This document shows positions 26,301 to 38,548 of a stretch of DNA of 64,000 nt, one piece after another. Under the pieces are notes generated by a model that was given only the letters and a program-made list of their open reading frames with translations, ran no database searches and was not told where the DNA came from. The translations under genes and the position numbers were made by a program. Within the stretch, counting starts at the first letter, position 1; each line of letters opens with the position of its first letter. The DNA is from Mobula hypostoma (Eukaryota): positions 62,001-126,000 of the forward strand of contig NW_026948141.1 in NCBI RefSeq assembly GCF_963921235.1, written 5' to 3'.

Positions 26301-28248
26301 ATGGGCAAGAAATTGGCAAATGAAATACAATGTTAGAAAATGCATAGTCATGCACTTTGGTATTAGAAATAAACGTGTGGACTATTTTCTAAATGGGGAG
26401 AAAATCCGAAAATCTGAGATGCAAAGGGACTTGGGAATCCTTGTGCAGAACACCCTAAAGGTCAACTTGCAGGTTGAGTCGGTGGTGAGAAAGGCAAATA
26501 TCATGTCAGCATTCATTTCAAGAGATCTAGAATACAAGAGCAAAGATGTGATGCTGAGACTTTATAAGGCACTGGTGAGGTCTCACCTTGGGTATTGTGA
26601 ACAGTTTTGGGCCCCTCATCTTAGAAAAGATATGCTAACATTGGTGAAGGAAGGGAAGTGGGTGCAGTTACTACTACAAGAGAGAAGGTGCTCAAAAAGC
26701 TGAAAGACCTAGAGGTACATATGTCACCCGGACCAGATGAGCTGCACTCTAGGGTTCTGAAAGAGGTAGTGTTAGAGATTGTGGTGGCATTTGAAATGAT
26801 CTTTCAAAAATCATTGGACTCTGGCATGGTGCCAGAGGACTGGAAAATTGCAAATGTTAGTCCACTCTTTAAGAAGGAGGAAGGCAACAGAAAGGTCGTT
26901 GGGTGTATTTAAGGCAGAGATTGATAGGTTCTTGATTGGACGTGCTTCAAAGGTTACAGGGAGAAGGCTGGGAACTGGGGTTGAGGAGGAGAAAAAAAGA
27001 GGGATCAACCATGATTGAATGGCAGAGCAGATTCAATAGGCCAGATGGCCTAATTCTGCTCCTGTGTCGTATGGTCTTATGGATAAGGTGCCACATATGA
27101 GGTTGCTTTATAAGATAAGATCCCATGGGTTACAGGAAAGATATTTACATGGACAGAGGAATGGCTGACAGGCAGGAAGCTGCAAGTGGGAATAAAGGGG
27201 GCCTTTTCTGGTTGGCTGCCAGTGACTAATGGTGTTCTTCAGGGGTCAGTATTGGGACCGTTACTTTTCACATTGTTTGTCAATGATTTAGATAATGGAA
27301 TTGATGGCTTTGTGGCAAAGTTTGCGGATGATACGAAGATAGGTGGAGAGGTAGGTAGTGCTGAGGAAGCAATGTGATTATGGAAGGATTTAGACAAATT
27401 GAAAGAATGGGCAAAAATTTGTCAGATGGAATACAGTGTTGGAAAACATATGATAATACATTTTTGCATTTTGGTAAAAGGAACAAAAGTGCTTACTATT
27501 ATCTAAATGGGGAGAAAATTCAAACATCAGTAGTGCAGAGGGACTTGGGAGTCCTCTTGCAAGACTCCCAGAAGGTTAATTTAGAGTTTGAGTCTGTAGT
27601 AAAGAAAGCAAATGCAATGTTGGCATTTATTTCAAGGATAATAGAACATAAAAACAAGGAGATAATGCTGAGGCTTTATAAGACACTGATCAGGCCACAC
27701 TTGGAATATTGTCAACAGTTTTGGGCCCCATATCTCAGAAGGGATATGTTCTCATTTGAGAGAGTCTAGAGGAGGTTCACGAGGATGACTCTGGGAATGA
27801 AGGGGTTAACATTTGAGGAAAGTTTGGCAGCTTTGGGCCTGTACTCACTGAAATTTAGAAGAATGCGGGGGGATTTCATTGAAACCTACTGAATGTTGAA
27901 AGTACTAGACAGGGTGGATGTGGAGAGCATGTTTCCTATGTTGGTGGTGTTCAGAACTAGAGGGCACAGCCTCAGAATTGAGGGGTAACCCTTTCGAACT
28001 GAGGTAAGGAGGGATTTTTTTAGTCAGAGAGTAGTAAATCTGTGGAACGCTCTGCCACAGACTGCTGTGGAAGCCAAGACTGTGGGTATATTTAAAGCAG
28101 AAATTGATAGTTTCGTGATTGGTCAGGGCACCAAATGTTATGGCGAGAAGGCAGGTGTATGGGGTTGAGTGGGACCTGGGATCAACTATGATGGAGCAGA
28201 CTGGATGGGCTGAATGGCCTAATTCTCCTCCTATGTCTTATGGTCTTA
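23400..28248 (+). mobile_element. CR1 ORF2 (APE + RT) interrupted by a second CR1 at 25198-27081
   Basis: YLNARCI, GITES, WDFS, DHDMI endonuclease motifs. The RT stops at ..FD(N) 25197 and resumes DKVPHMR at 27082. GATAA is duplicated at both ends of the insert. Confidence 0.88.
25957..26274 (+). mobile_element. RTE-clade LINE 3' fragment, (TGA)n tail, inside a CR1
   Basis: RKLCYFGHISR...LEGRVEGRLS*GRQRTTWIDNIKKW...DRPQWK is a typical RTE C-terminus. Confidence 0.88.
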
Positions 28249-29477
28249 CAGTTTAACTCTGGAGGAGTTACAAGCTTCAGTGGCTGAGATGAGAGAGAGG
28301 CTGCACAAACAAAACCTGTTGCTCAGGTGCTTCACCAGTTGCAGCTTCATGGGAGAGTGACAAAGAGTAAGCCACTGTTGAAAAAAACTCACATGAAATC
28401 TTGGTTAGAGTTTGGCAGAAGGGATATAAGAGGCTATGAAGTCAGCTGGTAGAAGGTTCTATGATCGGATGAAACCAAAATTGAGCTTTTTGGCCATTAG
28501 ACTAAACACTATGTTTGGCATAAGCCAAACCCCGTACATCATCAAAAACACACCATCCCTACAGTGAAGCTTGGTGGTGGCTGCATCATGCTGTGGGAAT
28601 GCTTCTCTGCAGCTGTCCCTGGTAGGCATGTGAAGGTAGAGGGTAAAATAAATGCAGCAGGATCAGGGAAATTCTGGAGGAATATAGCCAAAGCTATATA
28701 GGAATGGCTTAAAAACAATAAAGTTAATGTCCTGGAGTGGCCAAGTCAATTCTCAATCCAATTTTTGGCTGTTTTCTCATGATCCCCAAGCAATCTGACA
28801 GCTCTTCAGCAGTTTTGTAAAGAATGGGGAAAATTTGCAGTGTCCAGATGTGCAAAGCTGATAAAGACCTATCCACATTGACTCAAGGATGTGATTGTGC
28901 CACAGGTGCATCTACTAAATACTGACTTGAAGGAGGTAATAATTATGCCATCAATTACTTTGTGTTTAATAATTTAGGCCAATTTGTAGAAATTTGTTTT
29001 CACTTTGAGACAAAATAGTCTTTTTCTGTTGATCAGTGTCAAAAAAGCCAAATTAAATCCACTGTGATTCAGTGATGTAAAACAATAAAACATGAAACCT
29101 TACCGGGGTGGAGGGGGGTGGATACTTTTTATAGGCACTGTAAATTCAGTCTTTATAGGCTGTTCTTTTGTACTGTAATTAACAAAACAATAATCTATAA
29201 ATCAGTGGAGAAAGGCTGAGTGCTGTTATGGCTGCACTCATGTCTTTAACGTTCTGTTCGATTTGAGTGATATTGATGGGTTCAGCTGTTTTTTTTATTG
29301 CCTTCATGCTGCATATTGATGTCCCTGTGAGTCACCTATTAATTCCAAGCACTCTGGATATAAAGCCCACTCTAGAGATTTGCACATCAGATGTGCATTG
29401 TGATGCTAAGGGATACTTATTGGCAAAGGTAGCATCTTTTCATAGTGGGCCTAAAATCCATCTCTTTGTTCAGCATC

Positions 29478-31190
29478 ACACATACAAAATACTGGAGGAA
29501 CTCAGAAACATTTATGGAGCAGAATAAACATTTGATATTTTGGGCTGAAACTCTTCATCAGGACAGGAGCAGAAGCCAGCATAAGGTTAAGGAGGGGCAT
29601 AGCTGGCAGGTGATTGGTGAGACCAGATGAGTGGGGGGGGGGGGGTGGCTAGGTGAAGTCAGAAGCTGGGAAGTGATAGGTGGAAAAGCTAAAGGGCTGA
29701 GGAAGAAGGAATCTGATAGGAGTAGAGAGTGGGCTATGGACGAAAGGGAAAGGGAAGGGGAGCCAGAGGCAAATGATGGATAGGTGAGAAGAAAAGTAGG
29801 GGTAAGAAAGGAACAAGATTGAGGAATGCAAAAACAAGAGAAGGGAAAGGGGAAGAAATTACTGGAATTTAGAGAAATCAATGTTTACACCTTCAAGTTG
29901 GAGACTAGAAACATAGAAACATAGAAAATCTACAGCACAATACAGGCTCTTCGGCTCACAACGTTGTGCTGAACATGTCCCTACCTTAGAAATTACTGGG
30001 GTTACCCATAGCCCTCTATTTTTCTAAGCTCCATGTACCTATCCAAAAGTCTCTTAAAAGACCCTATCATTTCCGCCTCCACCACCGCCGCCAGCAGCCC
30101 ATTCCACGCACCCACCACTCTCTGCGTAAAAAACTTACCCTTGACAGCTCCTCTGTACCTTCTTCCAAGCACCTTAAAATTATGCCCTCTCGTGCTAGCC
30201 TTTCAGCCCTGGGAAAAAGCCTCTGACTATCCACATGGGCAATGCCTCTCATCATCTTGTACACCTCTTTCAGGTCACCTCTCATCCTCCGTCGCTCCAA
30301 GGAGAAAAGGCCGAGTTCACTCAACCTATTCTCATAAGACATGCTCCCCAATCCAGGCAACATCCTTGTAGATCTCCTCTGCACCCTTTCTATGGTTTCC
30401 ACATCCTTCCTGTAGTGAGGCGACTAGAACTGAGCACAGTACTCCAAGTGGGGTCTGACCAGGGTCCTATATACAGTACATAGCTGCAACATTACCTCTC
30501 GGCTCCTAAATTCAATTCCATGATTGATGAAGGCCAATACACCACATGCCTTCTTAACCACAGAGTCAACCTGCGCAGCTGCTTTGAGCGTCCTATGGAG
30601 TCAGACCCCAAGATCCCTCTGATCCTCCACACTGCCAAGAATCTTACCATTAATACTATATTCTGCCATTATATTTGACCTACCAAAATGAACCACTTCA
30701 CACTTATCTAGGTTGAACTCCATCTGCCACTTCTCAGCCCAGTTTTGCATCCTATCAATGTCCCACTGTAACCTCTGACAGCCCTCTCCCTCTACACTAT
30801 CCACAACACCCCCAACCTTTGTGTCATCAGCAAATTTACTAACCCATCCCTCTACTTCCTCATCCAGGTCATTTATAAAAATCACGAAGAGTAAGGGTCT
30901 CAGAACAGATCCCTGAGGAACACCACTGGTCACCGACCTCCATGCAGAATATGACCCGTCTACAACCACTCTTTGCCTTCTGTGGGCAAGCCATTTCTGG
31001 ATCCACAAAGCAAGGTCCCCTTGTATCCCATGCCTCCTTACTTTCTCAATAAGCCTTGCATGGGGTGCCTTATCAAATGCCTTGCTGAAATTCATAGCTA
31101 GCCGGATGGAATATGAGATGTTGCTCCTCCAATCTGAGTGGCCTCCACCTGACAATAGAGGAGGCCATGGCCACGTTGGAATGGAAAGAG
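29478..31190 (-). mobile_element. Penelope-like 3' fragment (GIY-YIG C-terminus + terminal repeat) split by a CR1 at 29909-31097
   Basis: Minus-strand HGLLYCQ..LRLEEQHLIF | SLQLEGVNIDFS is continuous across the CR1 (CTAG duplicated). Degenerate ctgatga motif at ~29560. CR1 ORFs 30067-30402 and 30601-31155. Confidence 0.8.
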
Positions 31191-32198
31191 GTTTTGTTTG
31201 TGTTGCTCAAGATTTCCATCATCTGTAGAATCTCTTATATTTATTTTGCTTCTTCAGGTCTAGTTGAACAACCCTGTGAAATTCTTTGAAGGATATGATC
31301 TTACCACTATTTATCACCAAAACTTACTGTTGTTTATCCCATCCAGATAAAAAATAGAAAGCATTCAAAATACTCAACAGATCAGTAGCATCTGAGCAAA
31401 AACTTCACATTGCAGGTCAAAGGCATTAGCTTTAAATTGCCGAAAGAGCTGGGGAGCTGGGGATTGTCACTGCAAGTCCCATGCCTGCCACGAGATATGC
31501 TGTTTACAAATTGCAGGGTTAATAGATTCATAAAGTTTCAGAACACTACAGCACAGAAGCAGGCTCTTTGGCCCGTCTAGTCCATGCTGAGCTATTAAGT
31601 ATCCCATTGACCTGCTCCTAGACCATCTCCCTCCATAATCCTCCCATCCATGTACCTATCCAAACTTCTCTTAAATGTTGAAATCAAACCTGCGTCCACC
31701 ACTTCCATTGGTAGCTCGTTCCATCCTCTAGGTGAAAAAATTCTCCTTCATGTTCCCCTTAAAGCCATGACCTCTACTTCTAGTCTCACCCATCCTCAGT
31801 GGAAAAAGCCTGCTGGATTTACCCTATTTATACCCTCATAATTTTATATTTTAATGAGGGTAATTACTGAGAAGGAGGAGACCAAAAGCCTGTGTGAAAC
31901 CTGAAGATGGTGCTCAATGAAATGGTCACCTAATCCTTCAGTCTGTGGGGTTAGTCCTTGAACTTCCAGGTACCTATTGCTTTAATTCTCCAGGCCACTT
32001 CCACATCTCTGGGGCCTTCTGCAAAGTTCTAGTGAGGCCCACAGCACCTCTTCTTTCCTCTGGACATGTTGCCATTATAGGCATTCGGTGAATTCAGATA
32101 CCTTGTTTCTTCTCTTTGTATCCGAACTGTCTAGTTCTCCCGTTTGTGTTTTCTGTCACCGCACGCTGTGTGGCAGATCTGATTGGTACTCCCAGCCT

Positions 32199-32328
32199 CC
32201 CCCTCCCCCTCCAACTTTCAAATCCCTTACTCACTCTTCCTGATGAAGGGTCTCAGCCTGAAACGTCGACTGCACCTCTTCCTACAGATGCTGCCTGGCC
32301 TGCTGCGTTCACCAGCAACTTTGATGTG
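32199..32328 (+). mobile_element. Penelope-derived short insert with hammerhead core
   Basis: Perfect 15-bp TSD tggtactcccagcct (32184-98 / 32329-43); CTGATGA...GAAACGTC. Confidence 0.8.
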
Positions 32329-32351
32329 TGGTACTCCCAGCCTTCTCCCTT

Positions 32352-32780
32352 TGACCATAAGGCATAGGAACAGTATTAGGTCATTTGGCCTATTGAGTCT
32401 GCTCCACCATCCAATCATGGCTGATTTATTACCTTCTCAACCTCATTCTCCTGCCTTCTCACTGTAACCTTTCACGCCCTGACTAATCAAGAACCTAGCA
32501 ACTTCTGCTTTAAATATACCTAATGATTTGGCCTCCACAGCCATACATGGCAATGAATTCCACAGATTCATCCTCTGGCTAAAGAAATTCCTCCTCATCT
32601 GTTCTAAAGGGATGTCCTTCTATTCTGAGGCTCTGAGGCTCTGATCTCTGGTTCTAGATTCCCTCACTATAGGAAACTTCCTCTCCACATCTCCTCTATC
32701 TAGGCCTTTCAATATTCAATATGCTTCAATGTGATTTCCCTTTATTCTTCTAAACTTCAGCGAATATAGGCCCAGAGCTA
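32352..32780 (-). mobile_element. CR1 3' fragment
   Basis: Same family as 8943-9480. Confidence 0.8.
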
Positions 32781-33221
32781 GAGCGCTTACTAAATTTCAC
32801 AGATTTTCCATTTTTCTGAGTTTGTCTTTTCTTTCTCTCCAACTCCTATCATTAACCTATTGCCCAACAGCTCTGTAAACAGTGGAAATGACCTTGTTCT
32901 GTCTCCCTTATGTTAGAGATTGTGTGATTGTTGTTATTGCTATTATTGTTCTCTGTGCTTCAAAGCCAGTGAATTGACTGTGGAATTCACTGTGGAACAT
33001 CCTGAACCAGGAGCAGTTTTCTATAAAAACACATTAGCTTGGTCTTGGTAAAGCAATGAGAACGCTGGTATGAGCTCTCTTGAATAGTTTCCAATAATTA
33101 CTCCTCCAGAATGAGTTTTGTTAGTTTTTCAGCAAGTTAATATAGTTATATTTAAGTTACAATGGCTGAAAACTTGTCAAATAGAAGGAATTGATTTTCC
33201 ATTTTCTCTGTCAATGTATAG

Positions 33222-33318
33222 GGACCTCGGAACATCATTAACCAACCTGCAGGTGCTCTGGATGGCTCGCTCCGGACTAACAGACTTGGATGGAATTCCT
33301 GCTTTCTCTTCTCTAAAG
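33222..33318 (+). CDS. LRRC56: LRRC56 internal coding exon (97 nt; (R)DLGTSLTNLQVLWMARSGLTDLDGIPAFSSLK)
   Basis: Acceptor ttttctctgtcaatgtatAG and donor AAG|GTGATG. The peptide closely matches vertebrate LRRC56 (human RDLGTSLGHLQVLWLARCGLADLDGIASLPALK, recalled). It ends in phase 0, compatible with the next exon. Confidence 0.93.
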
Positions 33319-34137
33319 GTGATGTGCACCCTGAAACTTTGAGGTTATAACTGGTCAGAGCATAGAAAATTACAGCACACAATGTTGTGCCGCCCTTTTA
33401 ACCCAGCTAAGATCAATCTAACCCTTCTCCCCACACAGCCCTCCATTTTTCTATCATCCATCTGCCCATCTAACAGCCTCTACCACCACCCCTGGCATTG
33501 TATTTCATGTACCCACCGCTCTCTGTGTAAACAAAAAGCCTCCTTTGACATTCCCCTTAGCACCTTAAAATTATGACCCCTGGTATTAGCCATTTCTGCC
33601 CTGGATATGACTCTGTTACTGAGTGAAAGAAACAACTGGAATTGTGCAGAGACGAAGGACCGGCTAACTTGCTGTTTACCATTGCTTTGTGACAGTGTTC
33701 ATGATCAGGAATTCACTCAGATTAATTGGACACTGCCTAGACCCACTGGATCCACAAGTTCCTGTCAGCAAACTTATTTAAGTCCTTACAATATCAATGT
33801 TCACAGCAGAGGGGAGGCTATTCTTTCCATGATGTTTTGCCAGCTCTTTGCTGCTGCATTTCAAACTCTTCCACTCTGTCCTGGCCCACCTGGGAAATGG
33901 GGACTTATATGCCAGGCTGCTGTTTATAGACTTCAGTCCATCATACCCCAGAAATTGGTGCAGAAACTGTCCTTGCTGGGTCTCAACACCTTCCTCTGCA
34001 ACCGGATGCTAGACATCTTAACAGAAAGGCCACAGTCAGTCCGTGTTTTTTTTTATTCATTTACGGGATGTGGGCTTTGCCAGTTAAGTCAGCATTTATT
34101 GTCTGCTTAGTTGCTCAGTCCCATTCCACTGAGCACC

Positions 34138-35303
34138 GGTGCTCCCCAGGGCAGTGTACTCAGGTGCTCCCCAGGGCTGTGTACTCAGGTGTACTCAGGT
34201 GCTCCCTGGGCTTCCCAGGGCTGTGTACTCAGGTGTACTCAGGTGCTCCCCAGGGCTCTGTACTCAGGTGCTCCCCAGGGCTGTGTACTCAGGTGCTCCC
34301 CAGGGCTGTATACTCGGGTGCTTCCCAGGGCTGTGTACTCAGGTGCTCCCTGGTGCTCCCCAGGGCTGTGTACTCAGGTGCTCCCTGGGCTCCCCAGGGC
34401 TGTGTACTCAGGTGTACTCAGGTGCTCCCCAGGGCTGTATACTCGGGTGCTCCCCAGAGCTGTGTACTCAGGTGTACTCAGGTGCTCCCTGGGCTCCCCA
34501 GGGCTGTGTACTCAGGTGTACTCAGGTGTACTCAGGTGCTCCCTAGGCTTCCCAGGGCTGTGTACTCAGGTGTACTCAGGTGCTCCCCAGGGCTGTGTAC
34601 TCAGGTGCTCCCCAGGGCTGTGTACTCAGGTGCTCCCCAGGGCTGTATACTCGGGTGCTTCCCAGGGCTGTGTACTCAGGTGCTCCCTGGTGCTCCCCAG
34701 GGCTGTGTACTCAGGTGCTCCCTGGGCTCCCCAGGGCTGTGTACTCAGGTGCTCCCCAGGGCTCTGTACTCAGGTGCTCCCCAGGGCTGTGTACTCAGGT
34801 GCTCCCCAGGGCTGTATACTCGGGTGCTTCCCAGGGCTGTGTACTCAGGTGCTCCCTGGTGCTCCCCAGGGCTGTGTACTCAGGTGCTCCCTGGGCTCCC
34901 CAGGGCTGTGTACTCAGGTGTACTCAGGTGCTCCCCAGGGCTGTATACTCGGGTGCTCCCCAGAGCTGTGTACTCAGGTGTACTCAGGTGCTCCCTGGGC
35001 TCCCCAGGGCTGTGTACTCAGGTGTACTCAGGTGTACTCAGGTGCTCCCTGGGCTCCCCAGGGCTGTGTACTCAGGTGTACTCAGGTGTACTCAGGTGCT
35101 CCCTGGGCTTCCCAGGGCTGTGTACTCAGGTGCTCCCCAGGGCTGTGTACTCAGGTGTACTCAGGTGCTCCCTGGGCTTCCCAGGGCTGTGTACTCAGGT
35201 GCTCCCCAGGGCTGTGTACTCAGGTGTACTCAGGTGCTCCCCAGCGCTGTGTACTCAGGTATATTCAGGTGTACTCAGGTGCTCCCCAGGACTGTGTACT
35301 CAG
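34138..35303 (+). repeat. Complex minisatellite A1 (25-bp ggtgctccccagggctgtgtactca with 10-bp sub-repeats)
   Basis: Directly visible; modules ggtgtactca, ggtgctccct, gggcttccca. Confidence 0.97.
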
Positions 35304-35737
35304 CCCGCTGCTGTTCACACTGCTGGCCCATGACTGTCACAGGATTCAGCTCAAATGTTTGTGGATGACACAACAGTGGTTGGCCTCATCAACAATGATG
35401 AGGAGTCAGAGTAAGAGAGGAAGTGAAGCGACTGATGTGAGAATAACAACCTAAGTCTGATTGTGGAGAAGGCCACAGAAACGTTGTGGACTTCAGGAAG
35501 TTGCAAATGGACCATCCTCCTCTGCATACATGGCTTCTCCATAGAGAGAGTTAAGTGCACCAAGTTCCTGGGAGTTCACATCACGGATGATCTCACCTGG
35601 TCCCTTAATAGCTCTTCCCTGAACAAGAAGGCACAGAAGTGCCTCCACTTCTGAAGGAGGTTGAGGTAAACAAGGCTCTCCCACGTCCGCCCCACCCCAA
35701 TCTTAATTGCAATTTACAGAAGCACCACTGAGAGCAT

Positions 35738-37513
35738 CCGGACAAGCTGCATCTCCATCTGGTCTGGGAGCGGCAGAGCATCGGACCGGACAAGCTGCAT
35801 CTCCATCTGGTCTGGGAGCGGCAGAGTATCGGACCGGACAAGCTGCATCTCCATCTGGTCTGGGAGCGGCAGAGCATCGGACCGGACAAGCTGCATCTCC
35901 ATCTGGTCTGGGAGCGGCAGAGCATCGGACCGGACAAGCTGCATCTCCATCTGGCATGGGAGCAGCAGAGCATCGGACCGGACAAGCTGCATCTCCATCT
36001 GGCATGGGAGCAGCAGAGCATCGGACCGGACAAGCTGCATCTCCATCTGGTCTGGGAGCGGCAGAGCATCGGACCGGACAAGCTGCATCTCCATCTGGTC
36101 TGGGAGCGGCAGAGCATCGGACCGGACAAGCTGCATCTCCATCTGGCATGGGAGCAGCAGAGCATCGGACCGGACAAGCTGCATCTCCATCTGGCATGGG
36201 AGCGGCAGAGCATCGGACCGGACAAGCTGCATCTCCATCTGGCATGGGAGCGGCAGAGCATCGGACCGGACAAGCTGCATCTCCATCTGGTCTGGGAGCG
36301 GCAGAGCATCGGACCGGACAAGCTGCATCTCCATCTGGCATAGGAGCGGCAGAGCATCGGACCGGACAAGCTGCATCTCCATCTGGCATGGGAGCGGCAG
36401 AGCATCGGACCGGACAAGCTGCATCTCCATCTGGCATGGGAGCGGCAGAGCATCGGACCGGACAAGCTGCATCTCCATCTGGCATGGGAGCGGCAGAGCA
36501 TCGGACCGGACAAGCTGCATCTCCATCTGGCATGGGAGCGGCAGAGCATCGGACCGGACAAGCTGCATCTCCATCTGGCATGGGAGCAGCAGAGCATCGG
36601 ACCGGACAAGCTGCATCTCCATCTGGCATGGGAGCAGCAGAGCATCGGACCGGACAAGCTGCATCTCCATCTGGCATGGGAGCAGCAGAGCATCGGACCG
36701 GACAAGCTGCATCTCCATCTGGTCTGGGAGCAGCAGAGCATCGGACCGGACAAGCTGCATCTCCATCTGGTCTGGGAGCGGCCGAGCATCGGACCGGACA
36801 AGCTGCATCTCCATCTGGCATGGGAGCGGCCGAGCATCGGACCGGACAAGCTGCATCTCCATCTGGCATGGGAGCGGCAGAGCATCGGACCGGACAAGCT
36901 GCATCTCCATCTGGCATGAGAGCGGCAGAGCATCGGACCGGACAAGCTGCATCTCCATCTGGCATGGGAGCGGCAGAACATCGGACCGGACAAGCTGCTT
37001 CTCCATCTGGCATGGGAGCGGCAGAGCATCGGACCGGACAAGCTGCATCTCCATCTGGCATGGGAGCGGCAGAACATCGGACCGGACAAGCTGCTTCTCC
37101 ATCTGGCATGGGAGCGGCAGAGCATCGGACCGGACAAGCTGCATCTCCATCTGGTCTGGGAGCGGCAGAGCATCGGACCGGACAAGCTGCATCTCCATCT
37201 GGTCTGGGAGCGGCAGAGCATCGGACCGGACAAGCTGCATCTCCATCTGGTCTGGGAGCGGCAGAGCATCGGACCGGACAAGCTGCATCTCCATCTGGCA
37301 TGGGAGCGGCAGAGCATCGGACCGGACAAGCTGCTTCTCTATCTGGCATGGGAGCGGCAGAGCATCGGACCGGACAAGCTGCATCTCCATCTAGTCTGGG
37401 AGCGGCAGAGTATCGGACCGGACAAGCTGCATCTCCATCTGGTCTGGGAGCAGCAGAGCATCGGACCGGACAAGCTGCATCTCCATCTGGTCTGGGAGCG
37501 GCAGAGCATTGGA
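35738..37513 (+). repeat. 48-bp minisatellite B1, 37 units
   Basis: Unit ccggacaagctgcatctccatctgg(tct/cat)gggagcggcagagcatcgga; 1776 bp = 37 x 48. Confidence 0.97.
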
Positions 37514-37612
37514 CCGGAAGTTCCTACAAAGGATTGTGAGAACAGCTGAGAGGATCCTAGGGGTCTCCCTACCATTTATTGAGGACCATTTATCAGGAGA
37601 ACTGTGTACACA

Positions 37613-38114
37613 GGCGCTCCCCAGGGCTGTGTACTCAGGTGCTCCCCAGGGCTGTATACTCGGGTGCTTCCCAGGGCTGTGTACTCAGGTGCTCCCTGGT
37701 GCTCCCCAGGGCTGTGTACTCAGGTGCTCCCTGGGCTCCCCAGGGCTGTGTACTCAGGTGTACTCAGGTGCTCCCCAGGGCTGTATACTCGGGTGCTCCC
37801 CAGAGCTGTGTACTCAGGTGTACTCAGGTGCTCCCTGGGCTCCCCAGGGCTGTGTACTCAGGTGTACTCAGGTGTACTCAGGTGCTCCCTGGGCTTCCCA
37901 GGGCTGTGTACTCAGGTGCTCCCCAGGGCTGTGTACTCAGGTGTACTCAGGTGCTCCCTGGGCTTCCCAGGGCTGTGTACTCAGGTGCTCCCCAGGGCTG
38001 TGTACTCAGGTGCTCCCCAGGGCTGTGTACTCAGGTGTACTCAGGTGCTCCCCAGCGCTGTGTACTCAGGTATATTCAGGTGTACTCAGGTGCTCCCCAG
38101 GACTGTGTACTCAG
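37613..38114 (+). repeat. Complex minisatellite A2
   Basis: Same modules as A1. Confidence 0.97.
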
Positions 38115-38548
38115 CCCGCTGCTGTTCACACTGCTGGCCCATGACTGTCACAGGATTCAGCTCAAATGTTTGTGGATGACACAACAGTGGTTGGCCTCAT
38201 CAACAATGATGAGGAGTCAGAGTAAGAGAGGAAGTGAAGCGACTGATGTGAGAATAACAACCTAAGTCTGATTGTGGAGAAGGCCACAGAAACGTTGTGG
38301 ACTTCAGGAAGTTGCAAATGGACCATCCTCCTCTGCATACATGGCTTCTCCATAGAGAGAGTTAAGTGCACCAAGTTCCTGGGAGTTCACATCACGGATG
38401 ATCTCACCTGGTCCCTTAATAGCTCTTCCCTGAACAAGAAGGCACAGAAGTGCCTCCACTTCTGAAGGAGGTTGAGGTAAACAAGGCTCTCCCACATCCG
38501 CCCCACCCCAATCTTAATTGCAATTTACAGAAGCACCACTGAGAGCAT

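Larger units (their letters stand above)
22702..29140 (+). mobile_element. Tc1-family DNA transposon (transposase pseudogene) split by ~4.9 kb of CR1/RTE
   Basis: TA on both sides (22700-01, 29141-42); ~200-bp imperfect TIRs starting CAGT and ending ACTG. The transposase MKTKGHSKQL...SGDGYKK...PRAGHP...RRPMTT (from ~23093) resumes at ~28255 with TLEELQAS, then [23 protein letters not shown] and LEWPSQ. Confidence 0.93.

Noticed and set aside
34068..35454. 421-447 aa ORFs over array A
   Set aside because: These are translations of a nearly stop-free satellite in all three + frames.
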